Part shown: piece after piece, positions 63,377-64,000 of the stretch
How positions within the stretch are numbered: position 1 is the first letter of the stretch
How the letters are laid out: each line of letters begins with the position of its first letter
IMG/VR virus record: IMGVR_UViG_3300022602_000024
Span: 124,001 to 188,000 of that record
Reading direction: 5' to 3' (one strand)
Length of the DNA stretch: 64,000 nucleotides
Notes under the pieces: generated by a model
Databases searched by the model: none
Told to the model about the DNA's origin: nothing
What the model saw: the letters and a program-made list of their open reading frames with translations, nothing else
Position numbers and translations under genes: made by a program

Positions 63377-64000
63377 ATGACAGAACGTCGTAAAATTCGT
63401 TGGCTAATTGCCCATTTTCCCGCATACTTATTCATAAGAACTGCAGAAGCATTTAGTGCCGAATTAGAAAAAATGCGCCCAGGAGAATTTGAAATTGAAA
63501 TTCTCACCATGAAAGATTATGTAAACAAATACAACAAATTGCATGAATTCCTGATAGCACCGCCAGGAGTTGAAGGACTTGAAGATGGCCCAGCTGGCGG
63601 CGCAGCTAGATGGGAAAAAGCAGTGAGCAAATGGCCTAAAATGTTCGCGGCATTAGGTGATGGCGAGTTTGAACTAAGTCAAACGCCAATTGGTCTAATC
63701 GGAACACATCTATATAGAAATTTCTCCGCAATAGATCTACCTTTCTTATTTAAAGATCATGACCACGTAACTGACGTATTAGATGGGCAAATTGGAGATA
63801 GCTTATGTAATCAACTAGCCAAAGAAACACCTATCAGAGGGTTAGCATTTACCTATTCGGGTGGGTATAGAGTAATAGGTTCAAAGCAGAAAATTAAAAA
63901 TCTAACAGAACTTTCTGCAACCAAGTTGTTAACACACAGTATACACAGTAGCAAATTATTCAAAGGCATAGGAGCCAAAACATTTGGTAAACAATATTCA
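63377..64000 (+). CDS. Second DctP-like TRAP solute-binding protein (partial, runs off window end)
   Basis: Manual translation MTERRKIRWLIAHFP..DLPFLFKDHDH..GLAFTYSGGYR; SD AGGAG; not in ORF track. Confidence 0.8.
   Translation, partial: MTERRKIRWLIAHFPAYLFIRTAEAFSAELEKMRPGEFEIEILTMKDYVNKYNKLHEFLIAPPGVEGLEDGPAGGAARWEKAVSKWPKMFAALGDGEFELSQTPIGLIGTHLYRNFSAIDLPFLFKDHDHVTDVLDGQIGDSLCNQLAKETPIRGLAFTYSGGYRVIGSKQKIKNLTELSATKLLTHSIHSSKLFKGIGAKTFGKQYS

Noticed and set aside
463-63510. Many short ORF-track entries antisense to or nested in long genes (e.g. 463..732, 2633..2851, 5780..6205, 16736..17122, 28202..28642, 59823..60263, 63310..63510)
   Set aside because: They overlap well-supported genes on the other strand or frame, lack RBS and motifs, and look like shadow ORFs.
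1-64000. Stop-codon reassignment, as seen in some huge phages
   Set aside because: Known genes translate full-length in code 11; TAA, TGA and TAG all end genes at expected places.
1-64000. tRNA, rRNA, reverse transcriptase or DGR
   Set aside because: No cloverleaf, rRNA or RT motifs seen; no template/variable repeat pair with A-specific mismatches noticed.

Overview
A 64-kb segment of a large, AT-rich tailed dsDNA phage (jumbo/T4-like style) with densely packed genes almost all on the minus strand. Bug/TctC, DctP, ErpA and IF-1 homologues suggest a betaproteobacterial host (inference). No capsid, terminase, protease or tRNA gene was seen in the window. Modules, left to right: (1) end of a radical-SAM gene; (2) 2.3-13.8 kb, proteins with T4 internal-protein-like N-terminal leaders, including three modular polyproteins whose domains (deaminase, GNAT, ParB-like, ADP-ribosyltransferase-like, Zn finger, others) are separated in frame by GVAEG linkers encoded by a near-invariant GGTGTGGCGGA DNA repeat; (3) ClpA, DnaJ and a lysis cassette (holin, spanins, GH19 endolysin); (4) 23.5-35.4 kb enzyme island (two PP-loop proteins, two 2OG-Fe(II) oxygenases, sulfotransferase-like proteins, GATase, ferritin-like di-iron protein, methyltransferase) mixed with orphan periplasmic solute-binding proteins; (5) PhoH, HAD, clamp loader, GroES-like protein, mini-DnaE; (6) tail/baseplate fibre genes; (7) ErpA-SOD-IF1; (8) 54-61 kb arrays of small paralogous genes with conserved DNA boundaries; (9) a beta-barrel outer-membrane protein, a metallophosphoesterase and another DctP. 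Sigma70-type (TTGACC-17-TATAAT) and T4-late-type (TAAATA) promoters and three candidate structured RNAs are visible. Best candidate for an undescribed system: repeat-punctuated, probably protease-processed and recombination-shuffled capsid-cargo polyproteins. All product calls are from motif recognition by eye, with no database searches.
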